Source: Acidobacteriota bacterium
Lineage (GTDB): Bacteria > Acidobacteriota > UBA890 > WLXD01
DNA length: 64,000 bases
Direction of reading: 5' to 3'
Assembly (NCBI GenBank): GCA_965205505.1
Contig: CBDBHB010000008.1
Coordinates: forward strand, 224,001 to 288,000
The notes beneath the pieces were generated by a model. It saw only the letters and a list, made by a program, of their open reading frames with translations, searched no databases and was not told where the DNA came from. Positions 29,180-39,011 of this stretch are shown piece after piece. Position numbers and translations under genes: made by a program. The stretch's first letter is position 1, and each line of letters begins with the position of its first letter.

Positions 29180-30412
29180 TTACAGAGGCGTGATGAACGG
29201 ATCAACCGGAGCGAGCTCGGCAGCGTAACGCTGCACTTTTTCGAACGCACGGGCTACGTCCAGCGCATCCTCGGAGCTCCCGATAAGCGCATTGTGGCGG
29301 ATCCACACAGCTTCGCTCGCGCAGGCGTGCTCGGCAACTCCACAGTCGCCGCTACGATGCGGCGCCCGCTGCGCGTCGTCGAACATCGGCTGACTGTAGA
29401 CCGGCACATCATAGCCCGCCGACGCCGGTACCCCCTCGGCGACAAGAGCCTCCACACACGCGCGCTTCGGAGCTCCCTCGAAGGCCGCCGCATCGATGCG
29501 AACGATGATCAGGTGCCAGGAGCACTGTTCGGTACCGCGCGGCAGCATCTGGCAGGTCACTCCCGGGATCTCGTCAAGCGCCCGGCGTAGTTGCATCGCG
29601 TTCTCGGCCCTACGCTGCAGCTCCTCGGGGTAGCGCTCGAGGGCAGCGCACAGCACCGCGCCCTGGAACTCCGACAACCGAAAGTTGCCCCCGAGCCGAA
29701 CGTGAGTGTAGTTCCCGCCCACCGCGACGCGCCCGTTGTTGGAAACCGATCGACAACGTTCGGCCAGGTCGCCGTCGTCGGTAACCACGACGCCTCCTTC
29801 GCCACAGGCCAAGTTCTTGCTGGAATGAAAGGAGAACCCACCGGCGTTGCCGATCGTCCCGACACCGGCGCCGTCGAAGCGCGTACCCCAAGCCTGGGCG
29901 GCATCTTCGATCAGCGCCAGGCCGTTGCGCTCTGCCAGGTCTTGCAACGGTCCCATGTTGGCCGGTACACCGCCGAGGTGGACCGGCATGATCGCCGACG
30001 TTCGCTCACTGAGCACCGACTCGGCGCTGCGGACATCGAGGCCGTAGGAGCGCCGATCGATATCGGCGAAGACCGGAACGAGCCCCGCCTGCAGGATGGC
30101 CGTGGCCGACGCCACGAATGTGTAGGCTGGGAGGATGACTTCGGATCCGCGCTCGATGTCCAGCGCTTCGAGCGCCACCCGCAGCGCCGCCTCGCCGCTA
30201 CTCACACAGACCGCGTATCTGGCGCCCTGATACGCCGCGAACTCGGTCTCAAAACGGCGCACGAACTGCCCGTGCCGGCTGTCCCAATCGCCCGAATCAA
30301 GTACCACATCGAGGAGCTCGCGCTCCCGTGCTCCAGCTTGCGGCCAACGAGGATAGGCTCGCACGCGGATGGGGTCGCCGCCGACGAGTGCCAGCTCAGG
30401 CACGTGTGTCAT
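29180..30412 (-). CDS. DegT/DnrJ/EryC1/StrS PLP aminotransferase
   Basis: TFVASA, EDAAQA, FSFHSSKNL..GEGG. Confidence 0.93.
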   Translation of the reverse strand: MTHVPELALVGGDPIRVRAYPRWPQAGARERELLDVVLDSGDWDSRHGQFVRRFETEFAAYQGARYAVCVSSGEAALRVALEALDIERGSEVILPAYTFVASATAILQAGLVPVFADIDRRSYGLDVRSAESVLSERTSAIMPVHLGGVPANMGPLQDLAERNGLALIEDAAQAWGTRFDGAGVGTIGNAGGFSFHSSKNLACGEGGVVVTDDGDLAERCRSVSNNGRVAVGGNYTHVRLGGNFRLSEFQGAVLCAALERYPEELQRRAENAMQLRRALDEIPGVTCQMLPRGTEQCSWHLIIVRIDAAAFEGAPKRACVEALVAEGVPASAGYDVPVYSQPMFDDAQRAPHRSGDCGVAEHACASEAVWIRHNALIGSSEDALDVARAFEKVQRYAAELAPVDPFITPL

Positions 30413-30427
30413 GCCGGCGCGCGCGCA

Positions 30428-31519
30428 TCACAGGAACCGATCCAACGACGCTTCGGCCACCTTGTCGCGCAACGCCTTGATCTGCTGGGAGCGATCCAGC
30501 GGCGCCACCAGCAGCACGCCTCCGGCGCGCACGATAGCCAGCCCCTTGACTCCTAGCAGCGCCACCATGTCCTCCGGTGCATGCACCAGATTGTCGCTGG
30601 CGTCCAGCGCCACCAACTGCCCGTCCACTACGTTGCCGAGGTCATCTCCCTCGAGGAGCTCCTTGAGCGCCTCCCACGAACCGACGTCCGACCAATCGAA
30701 CTCGGCCTTCACACAAGCGACGTTCTCGGCCCGCTCCATGACGCCATAGTCGATCGAGGTGGCCGGCATCGCCCGGTACGCGTCGGCACGACTCGTGTCG
30801 TCGGCGGCGGCGAGCATGGCATTGGCGGCCTCCACGGCGTCGGGCAGGTGCTGCTCCATCGCGGTCAGCAGCACCCGCGCCTCCCAGACGAACATTCCAC
30901 TGTTCCAGAGGAAGGAGCCGTCTGCCACATAACGCTCCGCTGTCTCGAGATCCGGTTTCTCGCGGAACGCAACCACCTTGTTAACCGGAAGCTCGACCGA
31001 TGCGCCATCCAGCTCCAGCCTGGTACCCGTTTCGACGTAGCCGTAGCCGGTCTCGGCGTACCGAGGGGGCACGCCGAAGGTAACCAGATACCCGCTGCGA
31101 GCCGCCGCAGCCGCGGCGTTCACGGTACGTGCAAGGCCGGCAACGTCGCCCACTACGTGATCCGCGGGGAAGACCAACATCATCGCTTCCGGGTCGCGCT
31201 GCGCCAGCACCGCCGCTGTCCACGCGAGGCAGGGGGCGGTGTTGCGAGCCTGCGGCTCCGCCAGGAGGTTGGCGGGTGGCAGCTCCGGAAGCTCCTGCAC
31301 CGTGAGCGATGCGTAGGAGGCGGCAGTGACCACCAGCACGCGTTCAGGATCTCCGACCACCGCGACGCTCCGATCCCAGGTTTGGCGCAGCATCGAGTCG
31401 GCGCCGACGATCGGCAGGAACTGCTTTGGGCGATCGCGCCGCGACAATGGCCAGAAGCGCGTCCCACTGCCGCCGGCCATGATCACGGCGTAGGCGTGCG
31501 GGTCGCCAAGGTCGGTCAT
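30428..31519 (-). CDS. manC: Mannose-1-phosphate guanylyltransferase
   Basis: MAGGSGTRFWPLSR..PKQF, RNTAP, WNSGMF, SIDYGVME, WSDVGSW. Confidence 0.93.
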   Translation of the reverse strand: MTDLGDPHAYAVIMAGGSGTRFWPLSRRDRPKQFLPIVGADSMLRQTWDRSVAVVGDPERVLVVTAASYASLTVQELPELPPANLLAEPQARNTAPCLAWTAAVLAQRDPEAMMLVFPADHVVGDVAGLARTVNAAAAAARSGYLVTFGVPPRYAETGYGYVETGTRLELDGASVELPVNKVVAFREKPDLETAERYVADGSFLWNSGMFVWEARVLLTAMEQHLPDAVEAANAMLAAADDTSRADAYRAMPATSIDYGVMERAENVACVKAEFDWSDVGSWEALKELLEGDDLGNVVDGQLVALDASDNLVHAPEDMVALLGVKGLAIVRAGGVLLVAPLDRSQQIKALRDKVAEASLDRFL

Positions 31520-32901
31520 CGTCGTCCGCCCTCGATGGCGCCGAGCGCTCTCTCGACGCTGTGCAACCGACTCTCCACGAGCCGCCTGATCTCTTCCAGG
31601 CGCTCCCGGCTCTGCGCTTCGAATCGGAGAATGATCTGCGGCCCGGTATTGCTTGCCCGCGCCAGACCCCAGCCGTCATCGAACTCGACTCGTACCCCGT
31701 CGATCGCTACTACGTCGTAATCGGCTGCGAGCTCGTCGCGCAGTTGGTCGCATACCGCAAACTTGTGCTTTTCGGTGGACGGATGACGAATCTCCGGCGT
31801 TGAGAAGACCTCGGGCAGGTCATCGAGTTGCGCGGAGAACGAATCGTCCTGCCGCGAGTAGATCTCCATCAGCTTGGCGCCGGCATACACCGCGTCGTCG
31901 TGTCCGAAGAAGTTCTCGCCGAAGAACAAGTGGCCGCTCATCTCACCTGCCAGTAGGGCCCCTTCCTCGCGGATCTTCTGCTTGATGAACGAGTGGCCGG
32001 TCTTCCACATCAGCGGCCGGCCGCCATGCGCGGCGATGTCATCGTCGAGCAGCTTGGAGCACTTCACGTCGAAGATCACTGTCGCTCCGGGGTTCCGGGA
32101 CAACATGTCGCGCGCCAAGAGAATTGTCAGACGATCGCCCCACACGATCTCGCCGCGCTGGTCGATCACCCCGACACGGTCGCCGTCTCCGTCGAACCCC
32201 AGGCCGAGATCGAAACCGCCCTCGACCACGCGGCGACTCAGGTCGGCCACGGCTTCGGGCACGGTGGGGTCGGGGTGATGGTTCGGGAACGTACCGTCGA
32301 CGTCGCAGTACATCTCCTCGACCTCGCAGCCGAGCTCACGGTACATGCGCGGCGCGATCATTCCGGCAACGCCGTTGCCGGCGTCGACCACGACACGCAC
32401 CGGACGCGCGAGATGCACGCGCTCCTTGACCATGTCGACATACGGCTGCACCAGGTCGACCGTCTCGACACCGCGACTACCGCTATCCAGATCGTTCGCT
32501 TCGATCGCCTGTCGCAGTGCCTGGATATCGTCGCCGAAAAGTGTGCGCGTTCCCAGACACAACTTGAGACCGTTGTAGTCGCCAGGGTTGTGGCTCGCGG
32601 TAACCACCACGCCACCATCGGCGCGCAGATGATGGATCCCGAAGTACAGCATCGGCGTCGGCACCAGGCCGGCGTCGAGAACCGCACAACCAGCATCGTT
32701 CACACCGGCTGAGAAGGCACCGGCAAGCTCCGGGCTCGAAAGGCGGCCGTCGCGTCCCACCACCACACGGGTACCGCTGTGCCGGCAAACAAGGGTGCCG
32801 AAGGCCTGCCCGATACGCCGGAACACATCGGCGTTGACATCGTCTCCGACGATGCCCCGGATGTCGTAGGCGCGGAAGATTCCCGCTGGTACGGCAGACA
32901 T
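31516..32901 (-). CDS. Phosphomannomutase/phosphoglucomutase
   Basis: FRAYDIRG, TASHNP, DGDGDR, GEMSGH. Confidence 0.95.
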   Translation of the reverse strand: MSAVPAGIFRAYDIRGIVGDDVNADVFRRIGQAFGTLVCRHSGTRVVVGRDGRLSSPELAGAFSAGVNDAGCAVLDAGLVPTPMLYFGIHHLRADGGVVVTASHNPGDYNGLKLCLGTRTLFGDDIQALRQAIEANDLDSGSRGVETVDLVQPYVDMVKERVHLARPVRVVVDAGNGVAGMIAPRMYRELGCEVEEMYCDVDGTFPNHHPDPTVPEAVADLSRRVVEGGFDLGLGFDGDGDRVGVIDQRGEIVWGDRLTILLARDMLSRNPGATVIFDVKCSKLLDDDIAAHGGRPLMWKTGHSFIKQKIREEGALLAGEMSGHLFFGENFFGHDDAVYAGAKLMEIYSRQDDSFSAQLDDLPEVFSTPEIRHPSTEKHKFAVCDQLRDELAADYDVVAIDGVRVEFDDGWGLARASNTGPQIILRFEAQSRERLEEIRRLVESRLHSVERALGAIEGGRR

Positions 32902-33037
32902 GGGCGAGATCCTCTGACTGGTTGCGGCGGTGCCGGGGCGTTTGATGGACAAGGTGAAACCGCGGCCGAGTGGCGGCGGTCGGCCGCCTGCGCCGCCTCT
33001 AATTCTTCCACATCTTCCGTACCGACGGCGGCCTTCG

Positions 33038-33056
33038 CTAGCAGGCCGTGGTGGGC
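33038..33056. repeat. Solo MITE-B end
   Basis: CTAGCAGGCCGTGGTGG, identical to the start of the 21804 remnant. Confidence 0.7.
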
Positions 33057-33100
33057 CTGGCGCCAGGGTTGCGACGAGATCGCCCCGCGCCTCCAGCGGG

Positions 33101-34228
33101 CTACGCTCGCAGGGTCCGTCGGTCGACCAGATAGCGCTCGATGCGACTCTCACAGACGTCGTGGCCTATTCCTGGGCCCTGTGGCACGCACACGTGCCCA
33201 TCGCCGTCGAGCTCGACCTCGGGATCGATGATGTCCTGCTCCCAGTAACGTCGCGACGCCGACAAGTCGTTGGACAACGTGAAGTTGGGAAGCGCCGCGA
33301 CGGCGATGTTGTGCAGCCTGCCCACTCCCGACTCCAGCATTCCACCGCACCACACGGGAATCTGACGCCGCTCGCACAGGTCATGCACGGCGACTCCGGC
33401 CGAACGGCCACCAAGCCGCGAGCACTTGATGTTGATGATGCGCGCCGCCTTCGCCTCCAGTGCCCGTTCTGTGACCTCTACCGTCTTGGCAGATTCGTCC
33501 AGGCATATCGGCGTAGCGATTTGCTCCTGAAACTCGGCGTGCAACTCGAGCTCGTCGTATTCAAACGGCTGTTCGATCATCTCCATATCGAAGCGATCGA
33601 GCTCGACAATGTGCGGGATGTCCTCGCGCCGATACGCGCAGTTGGCATCGACCATGAGCGGAATGTCTCCGAATCGGTTTCGTACCTTGTCGATGACGCC
33701 AACGTCTTTCCCCTTGGCGATCTTCAGCTTGATTCGCCGGTAGCCCTGAGCGAGCGCCGTCTCGATTTGGTCGGCCAGCACCTCGAAGTCCTGCTGAATA
33801 CCTAGCGAAATGCCCACCATGATGCGGTCGCGCACCGGCCTGTCGCCGGCGTACAGGCGGTGCACAGGCAACCCGCGTCGGCGAGCCTCGAGGTCCCAGA
33901 CAGCCTCCTCGATCGCTGCCTTTGCCATCGGGTGCCAAGGCCACTTGGCCATGTGGGCAGCGACAGCAGTTGCGGCACCCGCTTCCGGCAGATCGAGCTC
34001 GAACAGCTCTGGTGCCAGCAGGTCCTCGATGATGTGTCGACAGGTCCCGACAGTCTCGTAGGTATAGAAGGGCATGCGATCGGCCCCCGACTCGCCCCAC
34101 CCGAACGCCCCCTCGGAATGCACGCGCACCAGCAGGATGTTGCGCTCGCCGAAGCGACCGCGCGAGATCTCGAACCAACCGACGAGCGGAATACGGATTT
34201 GAATCAAGTCCAACGCGTCGATCTTCAA
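33101..34228 (-). CDS. menC: o-succinylbenzoate synthase / N-acylamino acid racemase (enolase superfamily)
   Basis: KLKI, VDAN, EQP, LDES, NIK, WCGGMLESG, DLSAS. Confidence 0.9.
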   Translation of the reverse strand: MKIDALDLIQIRIPLVGWFEISRGRFGERNILLVRVHSEGAFGWGESGADRMPFYTYETVGTCRHIIEDLLAPELFELDLPEAGAATAVAAHMAKWPWHPMAKAAIEEAVWDLEARRRGLPVHRLYAGDRPVRDRIMVGISLGIQQDFEVLADQIETALAQGYRRIKLKIAKGKDVGVIDKVRNRFGDIPLMVDANCAYRREDIPHIVELDRFDMEMIEQPFEYDELELHAEFQEQIATPICLDESAKTVEVTERALEAKAARIINIKCSRLGGRSAGVAVHDLCERRQIPVWCGGMLESGVGRLHNIAVAALPNFTLSNDLSASRRYWEQDIIDPEVELDGDGHVCVPQGPGIGHDVCESRIERYLVDRRTLRA

Positions 34229-34288
34229 TGCGCTCTCCGATGTTCTTTGTCGATGCGAATCAAGCGTCCGCTGATCTCCTCGCCGTTA

Positions 34289-35227
34289 CTACAAATCGCC
34301 CCGGTCGCGCTCTCCACAAACGTCACCATACTCATGATCCGGAGCACCTGTGGCCTCCGGACTGCCGCGCTCGAAAACGAACAGGGTCCGCGGCGCCGGG
34401 GCACTGAAGCGTACGCACTCGCGCACAAAGTAGCCGCGGCCCAGGTAATGCTGAAAGACCTCCCGCGTCGCCATCCTCCAGGCCAAGACGGCGGCAGGGT
34501 CAACTTTCATGACCTCCTGAATCGACGTTGGAATCTCGCAGGCAACATGCGGCGCATCGAGATGCAGCTTCGGCCTCCCGGGTATCGAAACCGCGTCGCC
34601 GGACTCAACACCCGACAGAGCCTCGGAGACACTGACCCGGCCGGCGGCGATCTCCTGTGCCAGCACGCCACGCTCGCCGCGCTCGCGGGCCGCGACCCGC
34701 GCGGTGTCCAAATGCCACGCTGCCAGCAACCGATCCGTTGGTGATCCTTGATGCAGGAGGCTGGTCGTCTCGCCATAGAGGTTTTCGAAGTAGGTCTCGG
34801 CGACGACCCCCAGCTTGCCGAAGTTAAAGTGAGAATTCAGCGATTGCAGTGGATCGAACGTCCAGGCTATGAGATGCAGTCCTTGCTGCAACGCAACCTC
34901 TCGCTGGGTCCATTTGAGACGCGCCCCGAGCCCCGTGGAACGAAACGAAACATCCACCGCCAGCATGTGCGAGTAGTGCAGCGCGCGACCGCGATCGTCC
35001 TCGCCGCGAAACCCGTAGCAAAACCCCACTAGCTGACCGCCTGCGTCAAACGCCCCGAGCACAATCCCGCCGGCTTTCTGTGCCGCCACCAGCTGGGTCC
35101 GCGGGATAACGTCGAGGTCACCGCGGAAGTGCCACACGCGGCGCTGAAGCTCCTCGCATTGGATATAGTCGTCGACGCCTGCCAGTCGGCGGATCGGACA
35201 TTCGGCGCGGCGTGCCGTGTCGCTCAT
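34289..35227 (-). CDS. GNAT family N-acyltransferase
   Basis: YSHMLAV, GLGARLKW.QR, WTFDPL..N..FNFGKLG. Confidence 0.85.
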   Translation of the reverse strand: MSDTARRAECPIRRLAGVDDYIQCEELQRRVWHFRGDLDVIPRTQLVAAQKAGGIVLGAFDAGGQLVGFCYGFRGEDDRGRALHYSHMLAVDVSFRSTGLGARLKWTQREVALQQGLHLIAWTFDPLQSLNSHFNFGKLGVVAETYFENLYGETTSLLHQGSPTDRLLAAWHLDTARVAARERGERGVLAQEIAAGRVSVSEALSGVESGDAVSIPGRPKLHLDAPHVACEIPTSIQEVMKVDPAAVLAWRMATREVFQHYLGRGYFVRECVRFSAPAPRTLFVFERGSPEATGAPDHEYGDVCGERDRGDL

Positions 35228-35228
35228 C

Positions 35229-35987
35229 TCAGACGCCGGTCGGTAGGTCGATCCAACGCGCTTCGATGCCGAACCGCTCCGCCACCAGGTCGCCCACCGC
35301 CCGTACGCCGAACGTCTCGGTCGCATAATGTCCTGCAAAGATGCAGTTGAGCCTCGCCTCACGGGCATCGTGGTAGGCGGAATGGCGCGGCTCGCCGGTG
35401 ATGAAACAATCAGCGCCGAGCGCCACAACATCGTCGAGGGCGCCGCAGCCACTGCCGGTTACCACGGCGATCGTGCTCACCTCCTCGGCCCCAAACGCCC
35501 ACATAAGCTGATCGTCACAGCCGACAGCGGCCAACCGACCGGCTAGTGTCGCCAGCGGAATCGCCTCGGGCAGGCGAGCCAGGGTACCCACCTGCACACC
35601 GTTGTGGTCGCCGAAGCGCGACTCGGGTACCGCCTGCAAGGCGCCGGCGAGCAACGCGTTGTTGCCCACCTCGGGGTGCAGGTCCAAAGGTAGATGGGCC
35701 GCGTAGATCGACACTCCGCTGGCGTAGCACTGAGCGACGCGGGCACCCAGGCGACCGCTGAGCGGCGCGCGATCGCCCCAGAGCAGCCCGTGGTGGACGA
35801 TCATCAGCTGACACCCGGCGTCGGCGGCCATCGTGATCGTCTCAGCAGCCGCATCGACCGCCACGGCAAAGCGCTCTACCTGCTCGGAAGCCTCGACCTG
35901 AAGACCGTTCAGCGAGACGTCAGGGACCGCGTCGACGTCGAGGTACGCGTTCAGAAAGGCGGCGATGTCGCCGAGCGACTCTGCCAT
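35229..35987 (-). CDS. Nif3-like dinuclear metal protein (DUF34)
   Basis: NGLQVE, HHG, HLPLD.HPEVGNN, GHYATE. Confidence 0.93.
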   Translation of the reverse strand: MAESLGDIAAFLNAYLDVDAVPDVSLNGLQVEASEQVERFAVAVDAAAETITMAADAGCQLMIVHHGLLWGDRAPLSGRLGARVAQCYASGVSIYAAHLPLDLHPEVGNNALLAGALQAVPESRFGDHNGVQVGTLARLPEAIPLATLAGRLAAVGCDDQLMWAFGAEEVSTIAVVTGSGCGALDDVVALGADCFITGEPRHSAYHDAREARLNCIFAGHYATETFGVRAVGDLVAERFGIEARWIDLPTGV

Positions 35988-36025
35988 GCGGGTCTCCGGG
36001 TGTCGGGGCTCGCGGGTACCTTACT

Positions 36026-37318
36026 TCAAGAACCGTCAGCCGACGGAGACCATGGTCCGGCAATCGCCAGGGCGTAGGCGTCGGGGTACAGCAACTCCCG
36101 TGCCGCAGCCTGCACGGCTTCTGTATCGACGCGATTCACATAGCCCACCAGTCGCTCCAGATAGTCGAGACCAAGATCGAACATCTCGATCTCATGCAGT
36201 AACCCGGCCACTCCCTCGTTGCTTTCGAGCGCCCGCGGCAAGGCCCGAATGGTCGCGGCCTTGGCGTTGTCGAGCTCGTCGGCGGTGACCGGCTCGGCAC
36301 GGATGCGCCGGATCTCCGCAAGCACCGCCTCGACGGCGGCCTCGACATGCTGTGGCTGAACTCCGGCGCGAACCACGAACGGCCCTGGGCCCAGGCCGGC
36401 AGCGAAGGCACTGTAGGTGTAGTACGCCATGCCCTGCTCCTCGCGTACCGAGCGCCCCAACCTGCCGCCCATTGCGAATCGACCGAGGATCGTGTTCATC
36501 AGGGCAGCGGCGTAGTAACGGTCGTCACTACGCCGGATGGAAGCATGGCCGAGGGCAATGTCGACCTGCGCCTTGTCGGGCATCGCCGCGACGTGACGTC
36601 GGACCTCTTGCGGCGGCGCCACGTCGGCAACCGCGCATTGCGCCTGTCGGTACCCGCCGCGAGGCGCCTCGTCCATCCAGCCGTCAAACGCATCATGCGC
36701 GATTGCCAAGGCCGCGTCGGCATCGACGTTGCCGGCGACAACCAGCAGCGCCGCCGACGGACCGAAGAACCGTGCGTGGAATGCTCTTAGATCCTCCCCC
36801 CGGATCCCCTCGACCGTCGCCGGCGTCCCTCGCGTGCGAACCGCGTACGCGTGTCCGTCAGGGTAGGCCAGCTCGCGCAGCGCGTGCATTGCCACGACGG
36901 CCGGGTCATCGCAATCTTCTCGCAGCGCCGTCAGACGGTCGCCGACGAGCTTGGAGACCTCGGTATCGGGGAAAGTAGGATGCTGCGCACACTCTGCTAG
37001 CAGGCCCATGACCTCGGGCATGTCCTCAGCGCGTGACTTGGCTACCAAGCCGGCCGTATGCCGTCCCCCAGTGCCGCCAAGGTGGGCGCCTCGGAAGTCG
37101 AGCACCTCGCCTACCGCGGCCTTGTCGCGCATCTCGGTGCCACGCGTGAGCCCCCTCGCCATGAGCGTCGCGAGCCCCGCCTGCGCTGCCGGCTCGAAAC
37201 ACGCACCGGCAGCAATGCTGAGGCTGAGGGTCACCGCCGACGACGCATGGTTGGACTGGTGCATCACCACCAGCCCGTTGTCGAGCTGGGTCCGGGTGGG
37301 GGCAAATCCGGCGGTCAC
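36026..37318 (-). CDS. M16 peptidase family, non-catalytic subunit
   Basis: LDNGL, RGT, VREEQGMAY; lacks HxxEH. Confidence 0.88.
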   Translation of the reverse strand: MTAGFAPTRTQLDNGLVVMHQSNHASSAVTLSLSIAAGACFEPAAQAGLATLMARGLTRGTEMRDKAAVGEVLDFRGAHLGGTGGRHTAGLVAKSRAEDMPEVMGLLAECAQHPTFPDTEVSKLVGDRLTALREDCDDPAVVAMHALRELAYPDGHAYAVRTRGTPATVEGIRGEDLRAFHARFFGPSAALLVVAGNVDADAALAIAHDAFDGWMDEAPRGGYRQAQCAVADVAPPQEVRRHVAAMPDKAQVDIALGHASIRRSDDRYYAAALMNTILGRFAMGGRLGRSVREEQGMAYYTYSAFAAGLGPGPFVVRAGVQPQHVEAAVEAVLAEIRRIRAEPVTADELDNAKAATIRALPRALESNEGVAGLLHEIEMFDLGLDYLERLVGYVNRVDTEAVQAAARELLYPDAYALAIAGPWSPSADGS

Positions 37319-38607
37319 GAGTTTCTCCGCGGCACGAACCAACCCACTGTTCTCGCCTCGGGTCGCAGAAACCGTGCTGCGGCGCGTCGAACATCTGCGG
37401 CAGTTGTGGCCTCTACGGCGCTCGGCACCGCATCCAGCGCATCGATTGTGGCGATCGTCGCAAAGTAACCGAGTTGATGTGCCACGTCGGTGACGCGTTC
37501 GGACTCGAACGCCAGCGCCGACAACACCTGGTTCTTCGCCTTGCGGAGGGCTCGGTCGTCGACATCCTGCGTCGCCAACCCCTCCACCGATTCGGTCAGC
37601 GCTTCTTCGGCGCACCGAGGCTCCACCCCCTCACGCAGTGTCGCCGAAAAGCCATAGAGGTAAGGCTCTTCGGTAGGCAGCACGGCCGAGCTGATCGACA
37701 CCACCAGCTCGCTGTCGACGAGCGCCCCGTAGAGCGGCGACGTGACCCGCGCGCTGCGGCCAAAGCCGCCGCTCCAGAGGTTGATTCCCTTGCCGCCCGA
37801 CAACAGCGCGTCGGCTACCAGCAAGGGCACGAAGTCAGTGTCCGAGAATGCCGGTGCTCCATAGACGATCTGCAAGTACGCGGCCGTGCCCGGTCGCTCG
37901 AGCACGACACGGCGCTCGCCGTCCTGCTGAGGCTCACGCACGTACTGGTATGAAGTGATCTCGGCGGCCGGAATGCCACCGAATCGGCGCCGGGCGGCAT
38001 CGACCGCCGCGTTTGCATCGACATCGCCAGCAATCACCAGGGTCGCGTTGCCCGGGTTGTAGTACCGCCTGTAGTGAAGAAACAGATCGTCTCGCGTCAT
38101 CGCCTCCAGATCGCTCTGCCAGCCGATGGTCGGCCACCGGTAGGGGTGCATCCGCAGCGCCGCTGCAGTCACATCGATATCGAGCAGGTACTGCGGGCTG
38201 TTGCTGTTGCCGTGCATCTCGGCAAGCACGACCGTACGCTCAGATTCGAACTCTTTCGGCTCGTAGAGGCACTCCGTCATGCGATCGGATTCGATCCGCA
38301 AGGCGAGGTCGAGCTCGTCTGCGGCCAGGGTCTCGAAGTAAGTCGTCTGGTCGATCCATGTGTAGCCGTTCCAGCTACCGCCGGCGCGCTCGATCCACAC
38401 TTTCAGGTCCTCGCGAGAAACGTTCGCCGTGCCCTTGAAATTCATGTGCTCCGCGAAGTGTGACGCTCCGGTCAGCCCCGGCGCCTCGTTCTTCGAGCCC
38501 ACGTGGTACCAGCACCAGACCGACACCAACGGCGCACTGTCTAGCGGCTGCACGACGACTCGAAGGCCGTTGTCGAGCGTCGCCTGGACCCGCCGATCAG
38601 CGGCCAT
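37315..38607 (-). CDS. M16 zinc peptidase, catalytic subunit
   Basis: LDNGL, SHFAEHMNFKGT (HxxEH). Confidence 0.93.
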   Translation of the reverse strand: MAADRRVQATLDNGLRVVVQPLDSAPLVSVWCWYHVGSKNEAPGLTGASHFAEHMNFKGTANVSREDLKVWIERAGGSWNGYTWIDQTTYFETLAADELDLALRIESDRMTECLYEPKEFESERTVVLAEMHGNSNSPQYLLDIDVTAAALRMHPYRWPTIGWQSDLEAMTRDDLFLHYRRYYNPGNATLVIAGDVDANAAVDAARRRFGGIPAAEITSYQYVREPQQDGERRVVLERPGTAAYLQIVYGAPAFSDTDFVPLLVADALLSGGKGINLWSGGFGRSARVTSPLYGALVDSELVVSISSAVLPTEEPYLYGFSATLREGVEPRCAEEALTESVEGLATQDVDDRALRKAKNQVLSALAFESERVTDVAHQLGYFATIATIDALDAVPSAVEATTAADVRRAAARFLRPEARTVGWFVPRRNS

Positions 38608-39004
38608 CTCTTCCCTCCTCGTCGGAATCCGCCGCGAAGATCTCAGGGGCATATCGCCGCATGAGCGCCTTCGTACCACCGTTGATCGGCGCGAACGCTC
38701 GCTGCCCTACGTGTACCCGCCAGCGGTAGTTGATGCCCGTGTCACGCGGGACGCAATGAACGTCGAGGGTTCCGTAGAAGCTCGAAAGCACCTCCGCCGT
38801 GCAGCTGAGTTCACCCTCGTCATCGGCGATGAACTCCCCCAACCGCGGCTGCCCACCCGCCTCGAAGCTCGTCACCACCTCGATCGAGCGACGAATGTCG
38901 CCCGCCCGATACATCCGGTTCAGCGTGTAGAGCGTCGCTAGACCGAGGATCGCCATGGGGATCACCAGGAACCAGTTGTCGCGTCCGATATGAAAGCGTG
39001 CCAT
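38597..39004 (-). CDS. Hypothetical membrane-anchored protein
   Basis: Fits the operon, one N-terminal TM helix. Confidence 0.7.
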   Translation of the reverse strand: MARFHIGRDNWFLVIPMAILGLATLYTLNRMYRAGDIRRSIEVVTSFEAGGQPRLGEFIADDEGELSCTAEVLSSFYGTLDVHCVPRDTGINYRWRVHVGQRAFAPINGGTKALMRRYAPEIFAADSDEEGRDGR

Positions 39005-39011
39005 CTAGTGT

